Assembly: GCA_016748015.1 (NCBI GenBank)
Contig: JAAOMT010000029.1
Location: 65,652 to 111,215 of the forward strand
DNA from: Geosiphon pyriformis uo1
Lineage: Eukaryota; Fungi; Glomeromycota
Direction: 5' to 3'
Length of the DNA stretch: 45,564 nucleotides
Shown piece after piece: positions 23,532-36,960 of the stretch. A model generated the notes under the pieces. The model was not told the origin of the DNA. It was given only the letters and a program-made list of their open reading frames with translations, and did not search any database. The translations under genes and the position numbers were made by a program. The stretch's first letter is position 1. Each line of letters begins with the position of its first letter.

Positions 23532-26500
23532 CCATTTAATTTAAATTGCATGAAATATTATTAATCAATTAATAGCTACTATTTACAATTTAAATAACAA
23601 AAAAAAATTATAATTTATAACAAACTAAATTATTCAATAAAATTTAATAAGTTAATTAATTCATTAATAAAATTTAAAATTCAACTTTGAATTGGTAAAA
23701 ATTTAAATTAACATTAGTAATTTATACAACAAAATTAATAACTTTTCTGCATGGGATAAACTTAATACTATTTTAATACTGCTATGTTCATATATATATA
23801 TATATGAATGGGACAAGCAAAACTACAAGTATCAATTATCGAGACTTTTAAGCTATTTCTTTGGAGTAATTTGCTCAGAACTAGTAAAATTCGTGACGAA
23901 AATTTTTTTTTTCGATATAAAATTTGTTAAAAAGAATTAGTACAAACTAATTACAAAAATTTCATCCCACGCTTTGCGGATAATGAACATCATTTAAAAG
24001 GAGTTTATCCAAATATGAGTTTAACTTGAAAGAATAAAAAGGCGTTTTCAGATTATATGGTTAGGACCAATTTTTATATATTAATAGTCATTTAATTTGA
24101 TATAAGGTATAATACTGTTAAAAAATAAGTATAGAAGAGTAAAGAAGTACGAGTATCCCTTATACTGAATCTCCTCATATATATATCAACTTATAATAAA
24201 TAAATTGAAAAATAATTATCTTTCAAGTTAAAAATATTAAATCTTGGATATTTTAAATACTTGAATTTAAATAAAATACAAAAAAAAATTAGTAAAAATT
24301 TTTATATTATTATTATATTAAAATTCTACATATAGGGTTCCATTTCGTGTAATTTAAACAATTTAATAATTAAAATTAAATAAAATAATTTATATGTAAA
24401 TATTTATTTACATTTTTAACCAAAAAAAAAACACTCACCAAGTCAAAAATGTAATTCAAAATTTTAACAAAATTGAACTTCCCAAATCATATCAGAAAAA
24501 ATGTTTTCATCAAGCCAGACAATTTTTTGTATTCATATTAATTCAAAAAAAACAAACAAACAAACAATAAAATTGCAATTTATTAAATTCTGTATTTTTG
24601 TTTAAAACCCTTTTGTCAATTTTGTTATTAGCTTATTTGGCTTCTTAAATTTCACAATTTTATTATCTTGCTTGTACTAATTTGGATAGAGAAAAAAATC
24701 TTTGGGAATTTACAGATATCCTGAGTGGCCCATAAAATTTTTTCAGCCAATCAACTTCCAAATGCAAGATTTCACGAATGGCTTCTCGGTATATCTCAAC
24801 GAGTTGGTATACAAGTTTCGCTGAATGGACATAACAAAGGATAATTCCATCGTTCAAAAGCTTGAATTTCATTCAAACTTACGTAAACACATATTTGTCA
24901 TTTCAACACAAAATTAAGGGTCTATTGATAATAGTTGTTTTTCATATTTTAGTTTTTCGGTATGATAATTGGCGGAAAACCTTCTAATAAAATCTCAAAT
25001 AAATTAGCAGAACAATTAATAAGAAACTGATTTTGATCGAAAAGTTGGCTAATATATTTATAGATTCTCTTCAATTTTGATGAAACAATAGAGAGTTAGT
25101 GGTAACACAAAATTAATTTGCATTATTAACCAAGTATATCTGTGTAGTTAAATCTTCTTTTTAGGATTATCATATATGAAGTACGTAAAATAAAATCTAT
25201 ACTACTTTAATATTTTTTGAAAGTTAATATTCTTTTAATGATATTATAAACTGTACTTTTATTTTTTATTATTAAAATTAATCAACATTAATTAGTTTTA
25301 TATTATATATATTATATATATTATATATATAATATATAATTATTTTTAATAAATACATATTAAAATATATATATACTTGATATTATTTAAAATGAAATTA
25401 TTAAAAAATTTTAATAAAAATATATTTGCACATAATATCTAAGATAATAAACAATTATTTTAAGATAAAAAGTAAAATAGAAAATAAATTTTTGATCCAA
25501 TTTTACAACCAAATGAATTAATTAAGTTGTATTTTAAAATATTTTTATGTTAATATTTTTATTTTAGTTTTTTCAAGCAAAAAATTTGAATTTTTATTAA
25601 TCTTTTATTTTTGATTGAAATTAAAATTAAATTTTTTTTTTAAATTTTAATATGCTATAACTGTATATAATTTTATATATTATAAATATAAATTCACAAT
25701 TCAAATCAAGTGAAAAAAATAAAATTTATATTAATAATAGATGGATTATTATTGACAATTATAATATTTTTTATTATTAAAATAATTTATTAAATAAATA
25801 TATATATAAAAAAAAATTAAAAAAATTAGAAAATTATTTAAAACCCAAATTTTAAATTTATGAAATAACTTAAATTTTAAAATACCACGAATTTTTTACT
25901 ATTTTTTTATTATTTGAACGGCATCAAATGTTTTAAATTTTATTAAAACACAAACCTTTAAAATTAATTATAAACTTCAGATTTATTTATTTTTTTATGT
26001 TTTTGTTAAGTAAATCTTTTTTTCTTTTTGGTCAAAATAATTATAAAATTTTAATAAAATTAGCTACTGTTAACAATTAATAGATTTTCATTATTATTAT
26101 TATTATTATTATAAGTAAACTTTTGAAAAATTTTTATTTTGAAACATACTAAAGATCTTTCTTTTGAAGATTATTTAATATATTTTTTTTATCTGTAAAA
26201 AAACATTGAAATAACCATATTTTTTTTCATATTTCGATCAAACAAATGTTTCTCAAAAACATGCTCTGTTGAAAAATTCATTATTTTAGCTCAGTAAGTA
26301 TCATTTTTTGTATCAGGGTATGGTCCGCGCAAAATTTTTTCAGAATTTGATTGAAAAGATTTAAAACTTCTCTATAAAGATAAAAATCTATGTGCATGTG
26401 CTACTTTTTTGTAAAATCAAATTTGTGAAAGTCTATGCATTTTTAGTTCATCTATAATTAATGGGTTACTGGGCTAAATTTTTAAAGTTTCCTTTTCAAT

Positions 26501-26554
26501 ATATTTAATAAATTTTAAAAAAAGTAAGGCAAATACTATAAAGAAATAATTTTG

Positions 26555-26598
26555 AAACAAACAAACAAACAAACATCCATCCATCCATCCATCCATCA
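26555..26598 (+). repeat. Compound (AAAC)n/(CATC)n microsatellite
   Basis: Seen directly. Confidence 0.85.
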
Positions 26599-26914
26599 TC
26601 TCCTCTAAGGATTCAAATCTAAATAAATAATTTTTGTTTAAACATTGCGGCACGCTTTTAAAAACATCCAAATAATCTCAAAAAGTCATGCTTTACAAAT
26701 ATTCTAATTGAGCTTGATATCATAAGCTAAAAGTTTTATAAAATAAAATATTTTAGATTCAAAAACACGGAATTCTGACAGATGATATAATTTGTTGAAA
26801 ATATTGGGGCTGGGTTATTCCACAATTCTATTTCTTTGTATTGTAACAAAACAATTTCATGTGTGTTTTGCTTAAATGTTTTTTTATATTGGAGAATTTT
26901 ACAATGACAGGTGA

Positions 26915-27005
26915 CAAACAAACAAAACAAAACAAAACAAAACAAAACAAAACAAAACAAAACAAAACAAAACAAAATAAAATAAAATAAAATAAAACAA
27001 AATAA
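26915..27005 (+). repeat. (AAAAC)n/(AAAAT)n pentanucleotide microsatellite
   Basis: Seen directly; generates the FCFVL pseudo-ORFs. Confidence 0.95.
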
Positions 27006-28113
27006 AAAAAATGTGATTGAAAATAATAACATTTATAAAATATTTCTCTCAACTCAATTTTGGAGATTTACAATTTGGGGGTATTTAAAGATTTTTATCA
27101 AAAATCCGATAAAAATTTTGCCAAAGACTTTTTTCAGTTTTAGTAATAATCATTGATATTTTTTATCATTTTTTTTTTATGTTAAAATAAAATTATTTTG
27201 AGATTATTTGGTTATTAAAACAAATAAAAATTTTCTATCTTTTTGATCCTAACCAATGAGAATTGATTTGTGTATGTTTCAAAGTACTAACCAATTTAAT
27301 TCGTTGTTAAAGCATTACCACCTTTTGAATGAAACATTTAGTGTTGTCATAATAAAAATTTAGAAATCAAATTGAATAATGGTCGGAAGTAAAGTTTTCT
27401 AAACAAAGGTTTTTTTTTAAATAATGTGTGCTAATATTAATTATTTAAATTTATCAAAAGTTTACACCACCTGGATAGGTATGACAGAAAATTCTTTCAT
27501 AATTTTAATTTTTAAAAAAAAGTTTGACTCAAACAATAACCACCAATAAAAAAAACTTGGTTCTGGAAAATTTTTCCCGATATCTGATTAAAAAGAACGA
27601 TTAATTTAAAATCTTTGTTCAGATTTTCAGTTATCTAATCAGGATATCAGCATTTTAACTCAACTTTATAAAATTATAATCCTCAATTCATTTTATTACA
27701 CATTTGGATTAAATTTCTCTTTCACTAATTTAGGATACATTTAACTATCCCCCTTCTATTCTCTCGATTTGAAATTTATTAGCTTGTTTACATTTTGAAA
27801 ATTTCTTCTGATTTGATAAAACTTTGGCAAACTTTGGCCAATTTCAAAGTTTTAATAGATAAAAAGATAAAAGGTTCAACATAAATAAATGCACAAAAGA
27901 AAGGCAATTTATTTAAGTTGAAAAAGCAATCTTAAATTGGTAATAATTTAAAAATCTTTTGGATCAAAATTCAAAATAACTAACGATTTTCCTTTCTTTA
28001 CCGATCACTCTTCTTTTAAATATTTACCTATGACAATGATTTAAACGGTGATACATCGGATGATGTGTCTTTAAACTTTGTATAAATTTAAAAATTGTAC
28101 GAGTTCAAAATTT

Positions 28114-28115
<2 letters not shown>

Positions 28116-28146
<31 letters not shown>
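28116..28146 (+). repeat. (AT)n microsatellite
   Basis: Seen directly. Confidence 0.9.
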
Positions 28147-28148
<2 letters not shown>

Positions 28149-28247
28149 CGGATCAAAAATTTCCCGAAATTTTTAAAAGATTTCCGGTTTGATTGTAAAA
28201 AATTTTTTGTTCATCATCATCTCTCTGGGCTACAATGTTCAACGTTT

Positions 28248-28280
<33 letters not shown>

Positions 28281-28975
28281 TTATTATTTAGTAAACTCAT
28301 TCAACTTTAATGGAGAAATGAGCAATTTCTAATTTGTAAATATTTTTGACAAATATCTTCTCATTTCTTTGATAACAGTCTTGTCCAATTTCAAAGGAAT
28401 CTCATAAGACTTTTACCAATATGTTTAGACTTTATAAAATTTAAATTTCTAGTTTTTCAATCATTTTTTCCGAATTTTAAAGTTTAATATACCCAGTATA
28501 TTATTCATTTGGAAAATAAAAAAAATCTTTCTTTTATCGAGCTTGGCTTCTCAATACAATTCGAACAATGAGAATTGATCTTTGATATTTCTTCTTTACT
28601 TGTAAATTTATTTATTACTCAAATGAAACATTATTTTATAATTAAATAATCCCGAAAAATCCCGTAAATTTTAGTTTTCTTCATCATCACAAGAGTAATC
28701 AAACAAAATTGACAGCTCGTGAATCTTTTAATATAATTATTAGCTTAGTAGTAGCAAATTCGCGCAAAGTCATATATTATTCCTTTTCCTCAATCTCTTT
28801 TTTACTTTTACTTTTTTTTTTCTTTTTTTATTTTTATTTTTTATACTATGAGAATAATATTATGCTCTAAAAAATTTATAAAGCTATTCCGAGGATCAAA
28901 GGAACTTAAAATTTTAATCGTAAAAATACTAAATTCATTACATCTCAAAGAACATTCTCTTCTTTTCATTTTAAA

Positions 28976-29862
28976 ATGAATTTCATTTCATCATACAATC
29001 TTCCCTTGTACCATTCAAAAAGATATTACGATTGTCAATTCGAACTTTTTTGGCGAAAAGTTAGCCAGCAAAACTCATCAATTTCTTCACGTAAAATCAT
29101 TCAATCTATTTTATTACTCTTCATATTGATATACCCAATGATACATATTTATCATAAGCATAATTATCATTTATCGAAAAAATTAATACAAAATGATTTA
29201 TACAATACGACAATGCAAAAAAACCTTTTTAATTTTAGTTATGAAATAAATCGGTTTCCAAATTTAGTTAGTCGAGAACTAAGCAAAAGTATCAGTCATT
29301 TCAAAATAAGGGTTTCCAGTCCTGCTTTCTTACAAATGACCCAACAATACGCATGGTATGCCATGAAATCTTATTGTTTGAACAAGAAAAATATCGTTGC
29401 TCCAGGAATTTATGGTAATTTTTTATCTATCTCGACAGCTATGAAATGATTTATTTTTCAAAAAGTTAATTTTTATAATTTCTGTAAATTATAACCCCAG
29501 CAAACATTAAAGTCGTGCAGGACCAAATAATTCTAAGCGTCAGGGGACCAAATTTAAATGATCCCAAATATTGGGAATCAAGAAGTCACGAGCTTATTGC
29601 CTTCCAAGGAGTTCATGGTGCAAAAGTTGATGCGGTATTTTATCAACAATTTCAGAAAACTAAATCTGCCCTAGGGGATGAAATATTGGAAACAGTAAAG
29701 GCAAATGAGATTTATACAGTCGCGTCTGTTGGCCATGGTGCAGGTGGTGGTAAGCAGACTCATACCCTAAAAAATAATTCATATATTCTATATTTAAGCG
29801 GAAATTTGAAAAAAAAAATTTATATTGTGCTCTCTCTCTTTTTCTCTCTCTTTTTCTCCCTC

Positions 29863-29956
<94 letters not shown>

Positions 29957-30592
29957 ATTATTTTATTTATCATCTTAGTTTTCGCCACATTTGCTCTATT
30001 GGAGTTTTGGGAACAGATCAATTCTATTAATGCTAAGATAGCAGAATTTGAAAATTTGATCAAAGTTCAATTAGTATTGGTCAGTTTCGGACAGCCACAC
30101 ATTGGCAATAAAGTCTTTGCACAATATATGAATGGACTTCAATATAAAGGAATCTTGAAGGTCTATCGATTTACTAATACAGACGATATGGTGCCGAGAC
30201 TACCTGCTCGTGTTGAAGGGGCTTACCATCATTATGTGCATAGTGTTTTCGAAGTATGGCAAGGTGAATCCACTTGTGACTGTCAACAAGAAGATACCAT
30301 CCTATATTTATGTAAAGGTCAAACACTATCAGACGAGAGAGGTATTCCATTAATTGAGGAAAGTCAGGTAACTATTTTAAATCATTTAAGCCTTTTTACT
30401 CTTACACAAAAAAATTAAACTTAATTTATTCAATTAAACTTTGCTTTTCTCAATTTTTATAAAAAGGAATGCAATAATAAATATGGGATAGCTCATTTTA
30501 CTCCACACAACGGGCCATATTTGCAAGTGCCAATGGGCAGTTGTTTAAAAGACATTCCTCCATGGGAAAAACCCATCTTCCACATACATTAA
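28976..30592 (+). CDS. Class-3 lipase-fold protein 1 (nucleophile Ser replaced by Gly), ~400 aa; join(28976..29414,29501..29749,29979..30367,30467..30592)
   Basis: Lipase_3 motifs in order: YAMKSYC, ILSVRGP, VDAVFYQQF, SVGHGAGGVFATF, SFGQPHIGNKVFA, YRFTNTDDMVPRLP, YVHSVFEVW, HNGPY. N-terminal hydrophobic anchor; canonical introns. Confidence 0.9.
29830..29956 (+). repeat. Imperfect (CT)n microsatellite within lipase-1 intron 2
   Basis: Seen directly; source of the SLSLSL and ERERER pseudo-ORFs. Confidence 0.95.
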
Positions 30593-32018
30593 CATTTAAA
30601 CCATTTAAATCCATACTTTCCTTTCTCAATTACTCATATAAGGTTGGTTTTTTTTATCAAAAAGTTTCTTTTTCTTTAAAATAATCAAAGATATCTTAAA
30701 AAACTTTTTTTTTGCCATTTTTAATTATTTGATTAAAAAAATTTTCAATTTAATTGGCTGTACAAAAATTGTTCATTATAGAAATCGATTTAGGGATTTA
30801 AATTTTTCACATGTATTAAGTAATATGGAGCGATTAATAAACCTATTCTCTCAAAATATTGAATTCCAAACTCTAGACCCAGACAAAGAGCTTCATATTT
30901 TTCAACGGAAAATTTTGGAAAACAAAAATTTTAATTGGTTGATGATTTATGAAACTAAATATTTATCCAGTTTCATCTTTATAGGTATTGAAAAAATTCG
31001 CCTAATCGAATAAACAGACCATTAAAATAAATTATGATGATGATGATGATAATGCTAAAAGGAAGGTGGGTATGACCTGATTCCTAAATCGCCTGAATTC
31101 CCAACAAATTTTCATATCATGATATTAATATATATATGTATAATGGATCAGGCCAAAATTTTATTTAATTCCTATCAAAAATATCGGGATAGATGATCAA
31201 TAATCAAATATTTGCATTGGGTTTAGCTGTCAATTTGTTCCATTGTCAATCCCCAAACGATGAGAAACTTTATGTCAGGTGAGAATTTTCCTTGTTCCTG
31301 TTACGACTTATGACCTGCATCACAAGCTCTTACTTCTTTATCAAATTTATCTATTATTTCTTATGAAGATCTGTTTGTAATTATTTTTCTTATAGATAAA
31401 GTTGACAAACAATGAGAGTACCCCAAATTTTTTTGAAGAATTTCCTACATGTCTTAATTAGAGCCTTAATAGAGATTTTCGTGATAAATTTTTTAACTTT
31501 TTTATAAAAACAAAAATACTAAAACAAAAATTAAAACTATTCACACATGATTTTTTTTTTTCTGAAAATTATTTTGAAATCTTTTTTTTTTTTTTTTTTT
31601 TTTTTTTTTGAAAATTAAAAAACTGTTTAAAAAAAAATTTATAACAGAATTTATTCAAAAAAATATTCATAATTAAAAACTTTTTATCATGTATTAAATA
31701 TTAAATTTATTATGAATTTAAAATTTATTATTATTTTGAAAATTTTTAATTAAAATTGTAAAAAATTAGGTTTTAAATATATTGGATAAAATTTTAATTT
31801 TAATTAAAATCTCAATTATCAGATCAAAATATTAATTATATTGAATTATTATTATTATTATTATTATATCCAAATGGTATATATTTAATAAATTTTAAAT
31901 CTGTTAATAAACTGATTTTACTTTATTTAAAAATTATTTAAATATTGAATAAAATTATTTATAAAATAATGATAATAATAATAAAAATAAAAATAAATAA
32001 AAATAATAATAACAAAAA

Positions 32019-32029
<11 letters not shown>

Positions 32030-32077
<48 letters not shown>
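32030..32077 (+). repeat. (TAA)n microsatellite in extreme AT tract
   Basis: Seen directly. Confidence 0.9.
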
Positions 32078-32078
<1 letters not shown>

Positions 32079-33386
32079 TGTTGTAATTAAAAAAAAAGTA
32101 TTACAATTATTTTCAAAAAATGAAAATTTGAATGATTATAAAAATATTTTTATTTTAAATATTAATAATGTAATTAATATTCTTTATTATTTTATATTTA
32201 AATATAAAATCCAAAAAAAAATAAAAATGAAAAGATGAATAAAAAAAAAGTAATTTTTTTTTGTATTTTGTAACAAATAAATAAAGAATCAGAAATTTTT
32301 TTTTTAAAAAAAAACCGTTTCAAATTTTAAATGACTTTATTTATTTATTTATTTATTCAAATACAAAGTAATATATTATTTTGAAGAAAAAAATATCATA
32401 AATAGTCAGTTAAAATTTTCAAAAAAAAAAGTTATTAATGAATCGATTAAAGAATGAATGTTTTCTTGACAAATAATATTGGAAAAAAAAGTAAAAATTA
32501 ATTTCATTAGTTTAATTTGTTTGTTTAAACTATATTTTGAAAAATTGTGTTATGCTGAAAAAAAAATGTAATGAAATATTTTATTTAATTTTTACAATAT
32601 ATATATATATGTATTTTTTTTTTTAAAAAAAAAAAAAGTAATTAAAAAACTTATTTTTAATATTTTAAAAGGAAAAAACATTTTAAAAATAAAAAAACTT
32701 TTTGTATTATTATTATTATTTTTTTTAAAAAAAAAGCATGATAATCTCTGATTAACCAATAATACTCTGTTTTTTTTTTGGTGAAAAATAACTATCTACA
32801 TATTTTGGTTAATCTCCTTTGAGTTTGTCGCAGAATGGAAGATTTATGTATTATTTACACATTTAGCTTTATTAGCTTTGCTTTGTCGATAAGCTATTTT
32901 GGGCTAGTAATATCCAAATTTGAAATTTTATTCTCAAGTTTTTGTTCAACAATGATTTCATATTTAATGATCGCGGAGATAGAATACATGATAACTTTCA
33001 AAACAATCTAGTTAAAGTGTTATTATTATTATTATTATTATTTTTTGAAATTAGTTATTTATGATAATCATAGCTCTTTGTTTAATAATAAAATGGGTAA
33101 TCACGTTTGAAACTATTCGATTGGATTTCAAATTTTGTTTTGCCAAACCATTTATATTGTATTTTTTTTGAAAAAGTGCTTTTCCAAATTCATGAAAAGA
33201 AGGGATGAATTGGAGCGTAAATTATTTTTCACCAAAGTTTAAAAATTATTTATCGATCGATGGTCTGAAAAAATTGCTTTAAAAATGAGGTCAGTTGAAT
33301 AAAAAGTTTTTGTATCATAATTATTCCCTTATAAATTTGCTTTTTAATTATTAAAAAATTTTATTTGTTCACTTTTCTTTACCCTC

Positions 33387-34846
33387 ATGACACATTCAAA
33401 TTTTATTATTTTGAAACATTTAATAAAACGATACAAAGTTTTTGATCTGTTGAAAGAGGGAAATGTTTTGCTCAAATTTTTGATTGCAAACTTATTATTC
33501 CTATTTATATGTGGAATTATATTAAGTCAAATGAGCGAAAAGTCATCATTATGGACATTAAATCTCTATTTTGAGAATTCGACTAACCCTCAGACCCTTC
33601 CAATTCTTGCGTTAAAAAATATTTCAATTATCCCTTCTTTCGGGAACCAAAATTTCACACCTAAAAGTCCGGAACGGGAAAATTTTACAATTTCCTATCA
33701 TACATTTAATTCCATTTCTAAGCATAAACCTTTCAATAAAAAAAATACCAATGGTTTTAAAGCAAAATTAACCGATTTTCAACTTGAAAAATCCAAAAAA
33801 TATGCTTGGCATGCATCACAAGCATATTGTCTTAAAAATGAACATTTAATTGCTTCAGAAATTTATGGTATATGTTTTTTATTTTTTAAAAAATAGGAAA
33901 CAACAAGAGCTTGATTTATTTAAAAATATTTATTTTTAGCAAATGTTGAGGTTCAAAAAGGAGAAATTATTTTGACTTTCAAGGGTGAAAAAGTGAATTA
34001 CCAAAGTTATTGGGACGGACGAGAGAAAGGCCTTATTCCATATCAATATAACCAAAGGGCGTTTGTCGATAAAATTTTCTTTCAGAAATGGAATCAAACT
34101 AAAAATTCCGTCTCAGAACGTATAATTGAAGAGATCAAATATCATGGTATATACACTATTGTAGCGGTCGGACATGGGATAGGTGGTGGTAAGCTTTTTA
34201 TATTAATCAAAATCTCTGATGATTATTTCACTTCAACCTTTGAGTTTGATAATAAGTTTCCTATTTTTATTTTATTTTTTTTAACTTTACATTAGTCTAC
34301 GCGACTTTTGCAATTCTAGAATTGCTAGAAATTTTAAAATATTCGAAATTCAAACTAGATCCTATTGTACGTGCTCCAAAGCTTTCTTTGCAAGTATTTA
34401 CATTTGGCCAACCCCACATTGGTGACAGAGAGTTTGCAAGACATGTTAATGATTTAATGTTCGAAGGAAAGTTATTAGTTTATAGATTTACGAACACAAA
34501 CGATTATGTTCCTCAATTACCAGAAAGTACATTTCAAAGCTATTACACTCATCATGCTTGGGAATATTGGATTGCATCAGATTGTGAATGTGCACTTCCT
34601 GAAGTTTATGTTTGTCAAGGACCAAAAGTTTTCGAAGATGGTAAAACATACATTGGAGAAAGTCAGGCAAGTTTGATTTAACCATTTTTGAAACTCAATT
34701 TTTTGCATTTCAACTGACTTTTTTAATATTATTAGGAGTGTAATAACAGCCTCCAACCAAGTTTTACATCACATAATGGTCCATACTTAGATATAATGAT
34801 GGGAGACTGTATACGAACAAACCTTCAAAAAGAACGAGTAGCTTAA
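33387..34846 (+). CDS. Class-3 lipase-fold protein 2 (Ser>Gly), ~403 aa; join(33387..33867,33940..34188,34296..34666,34736..34846)
   Basis: Same exon structure as paralogue 1. Motifs HASQAYC, AVGHGIGGVYATF, TFGQPHIGDREFA, YRFTNTNDYVPQLP, HNGPY. The last intron uses a GC donor (gcaagt, 34667). Confidence 0.9.
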
Positions 34847-36960
34847 ATCTTGATTAACAAAATATAGATTCTTGAATTCAGACTTTATTTATTTATTTAT
34901 TTATTTATTTAAAAATTTATTTAAACTTTTATTTAAACTTTTAATAAAAAAAATGTGTTTTAACTATATAGTATAAATTATTTAAAAAATCTCAATTGAT
35001 ATTTTTATTGAAACTTCTTTGGTTCCCGAGAAAATGTTAAAGTTATAATTTTTATCTTTGCTGTAAGCTAAGAATTTCCACCATTTTTTTTTGATGCATA
35101 AACTACCTCATCTGGTCATCTTGTATCAAAATAAAACAAAACCAGAATCGTTTATGAATCATTAACTTTCTGAACCGGTTATATTTTTATCTTAATTGGT
35201 CTTGTTAAAAGCAAGATATCTTTAGTTAAAGAATATTTTCTTTTTTAATTATATAATCATTGACCTAGGGAATATCAATTTTTCAATTTATTCTATAAAC
35301 TCTTACAAATGAAAAATGAATTTTCATTTTTTTGAATATTTCAAAAAAAACATTGATATTTTATCCTTAACGTTTCGTTTATTTGAAAGGTAAAAATTTG
35401 TTAAAATCGCTAGTTTTCATTTTTTCGCTAATTAACAATATTATCCACAGTGTTATTCAGACTAAAAATTAATTAGGCTGTTATCCTCGGGGATGAATTG
35501 AGCAAAATAAACTTTTTTCCTAGAGTTAAACTATGCTTAATGCTTCTAACACGTGGTTAGGTATATTAATTGCTTAATCTGTTGGCATTTCATATTCGGA
35601 AGAAATATCTAATGCGAATAATTCTCAGGTGATGGTGTCATGGGTACGGTTAAGCTGAATCTCAAAAGTTTAAAACTATCTTGATTTCCAGAATCTATTA
35701 TTTATCAGATTAATGGAAAAGAGTTTCGTGAAAGAGCTAGATTTTCATATAATAAAACTTTAAAAATTTTGTTAGATTTTTAAAGAATTAAAGTAGCCTT
35801 GGTTCTCAAATTATTCGTTAAATTTCATATAGTATTCGTATATAACCTCTCACCATTGTGATTTCTTCTAAAAGAATATGAATTAATTGAGCTTTTTGTT
35901 TTGCAACTTAAAATTATTTTTAAATTTCTCTTGAGCTTAGGGAGTACTATTGATAACCATAAATTTTGAATAGAGTCCTATTAGCGAATGCAGCTTGTTA
36001 AAAAATTAAGATTTTCTACAATGTTAATTGATAAAGGTTAATTTAAAGGATAAAATCTATTATAAAAACTTTTAGCTTATGAATAAAAATGATTTGTATG
36101 CTATTGAGGATAAAAACTATTTTTATAACAAGCACAAGAAATTTTCTTTTAAAATTTTCTTCAATGTATAATACATTGAAGAAATAACCTTTTACATCTT
36201 TTTATAATAATACTTTCACAAAGATAACAAATGAATTTTAAAACTAGAATGAAATCAGTATTTTTTTATGCCCTTTGACAAGAAATACTCTAAAGTTTGG
36301 ATTTTTTTAACTTTATTACATTCTAAATATATATATTAAATTAAAATATAAAATATTTTCTTTTATATTTGGTTTCCTAAGAGTAAATTTGATCAGAAAA
36401 GTAAAGGAAAAAAAATGTTTCTTACATTTCTTTTATTGAAGAGTAAAAAGTTTGGTTGATAAATCACTTTTTTAACAAAAATTCAGCCTACCTTAAAATT
36501 TATTTTTCTATCCAAAAAGGAATTTTCATACCCGTTCCTTTACCGGTGCTGGTCTCCGATCTTGTTCATTTTTTAATTAAGACAAACAAATATTAAACTA
36601 ATTTTCTGGCAAAAAAATAAAAATCGCTTTAAATCCATATTAAGAGGCGTTGGTTTATCAATCATATTCAATATTTGAATTTGTTCGCTTTCATCAAAAT
36701 GAAGAAATTTTGTTTAATCAAATTGAATATTTATACTGTTTGATGAGATTGCCGTAAAAATCAAAAAGGTCATAGAACTTTAGGAATATAACTTTTTAAA
36801 TCTTGGACCTTGAAAAATTGCTATCATAATGAAATTTTTCTTTATTTTGTTGCGAATTGATAGTTTTCCATTTTGAAAACTCTGCAAATTAAAAATAAAT
36901 GATCTCTGGCGAATTTTTTTATTGATAAAAAAGCGGTTTATTGATAGCTTTAAAAGATTA

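Noticed and set aside
24830-24872. Calponin-homology domain (LNDGIILC)
   Set aside because: Only an 8-residue resemblance; the flanking CH helices are absent.
26736-27052. FCFVL hydrophobic ORFs
   Set aside because: Produced by the (AAAAC)n microsatellite.
29794-30063. ERERER / SLSLSL ORFs
   Set aside because: Translations of the intronic (CT)n microsatellite.
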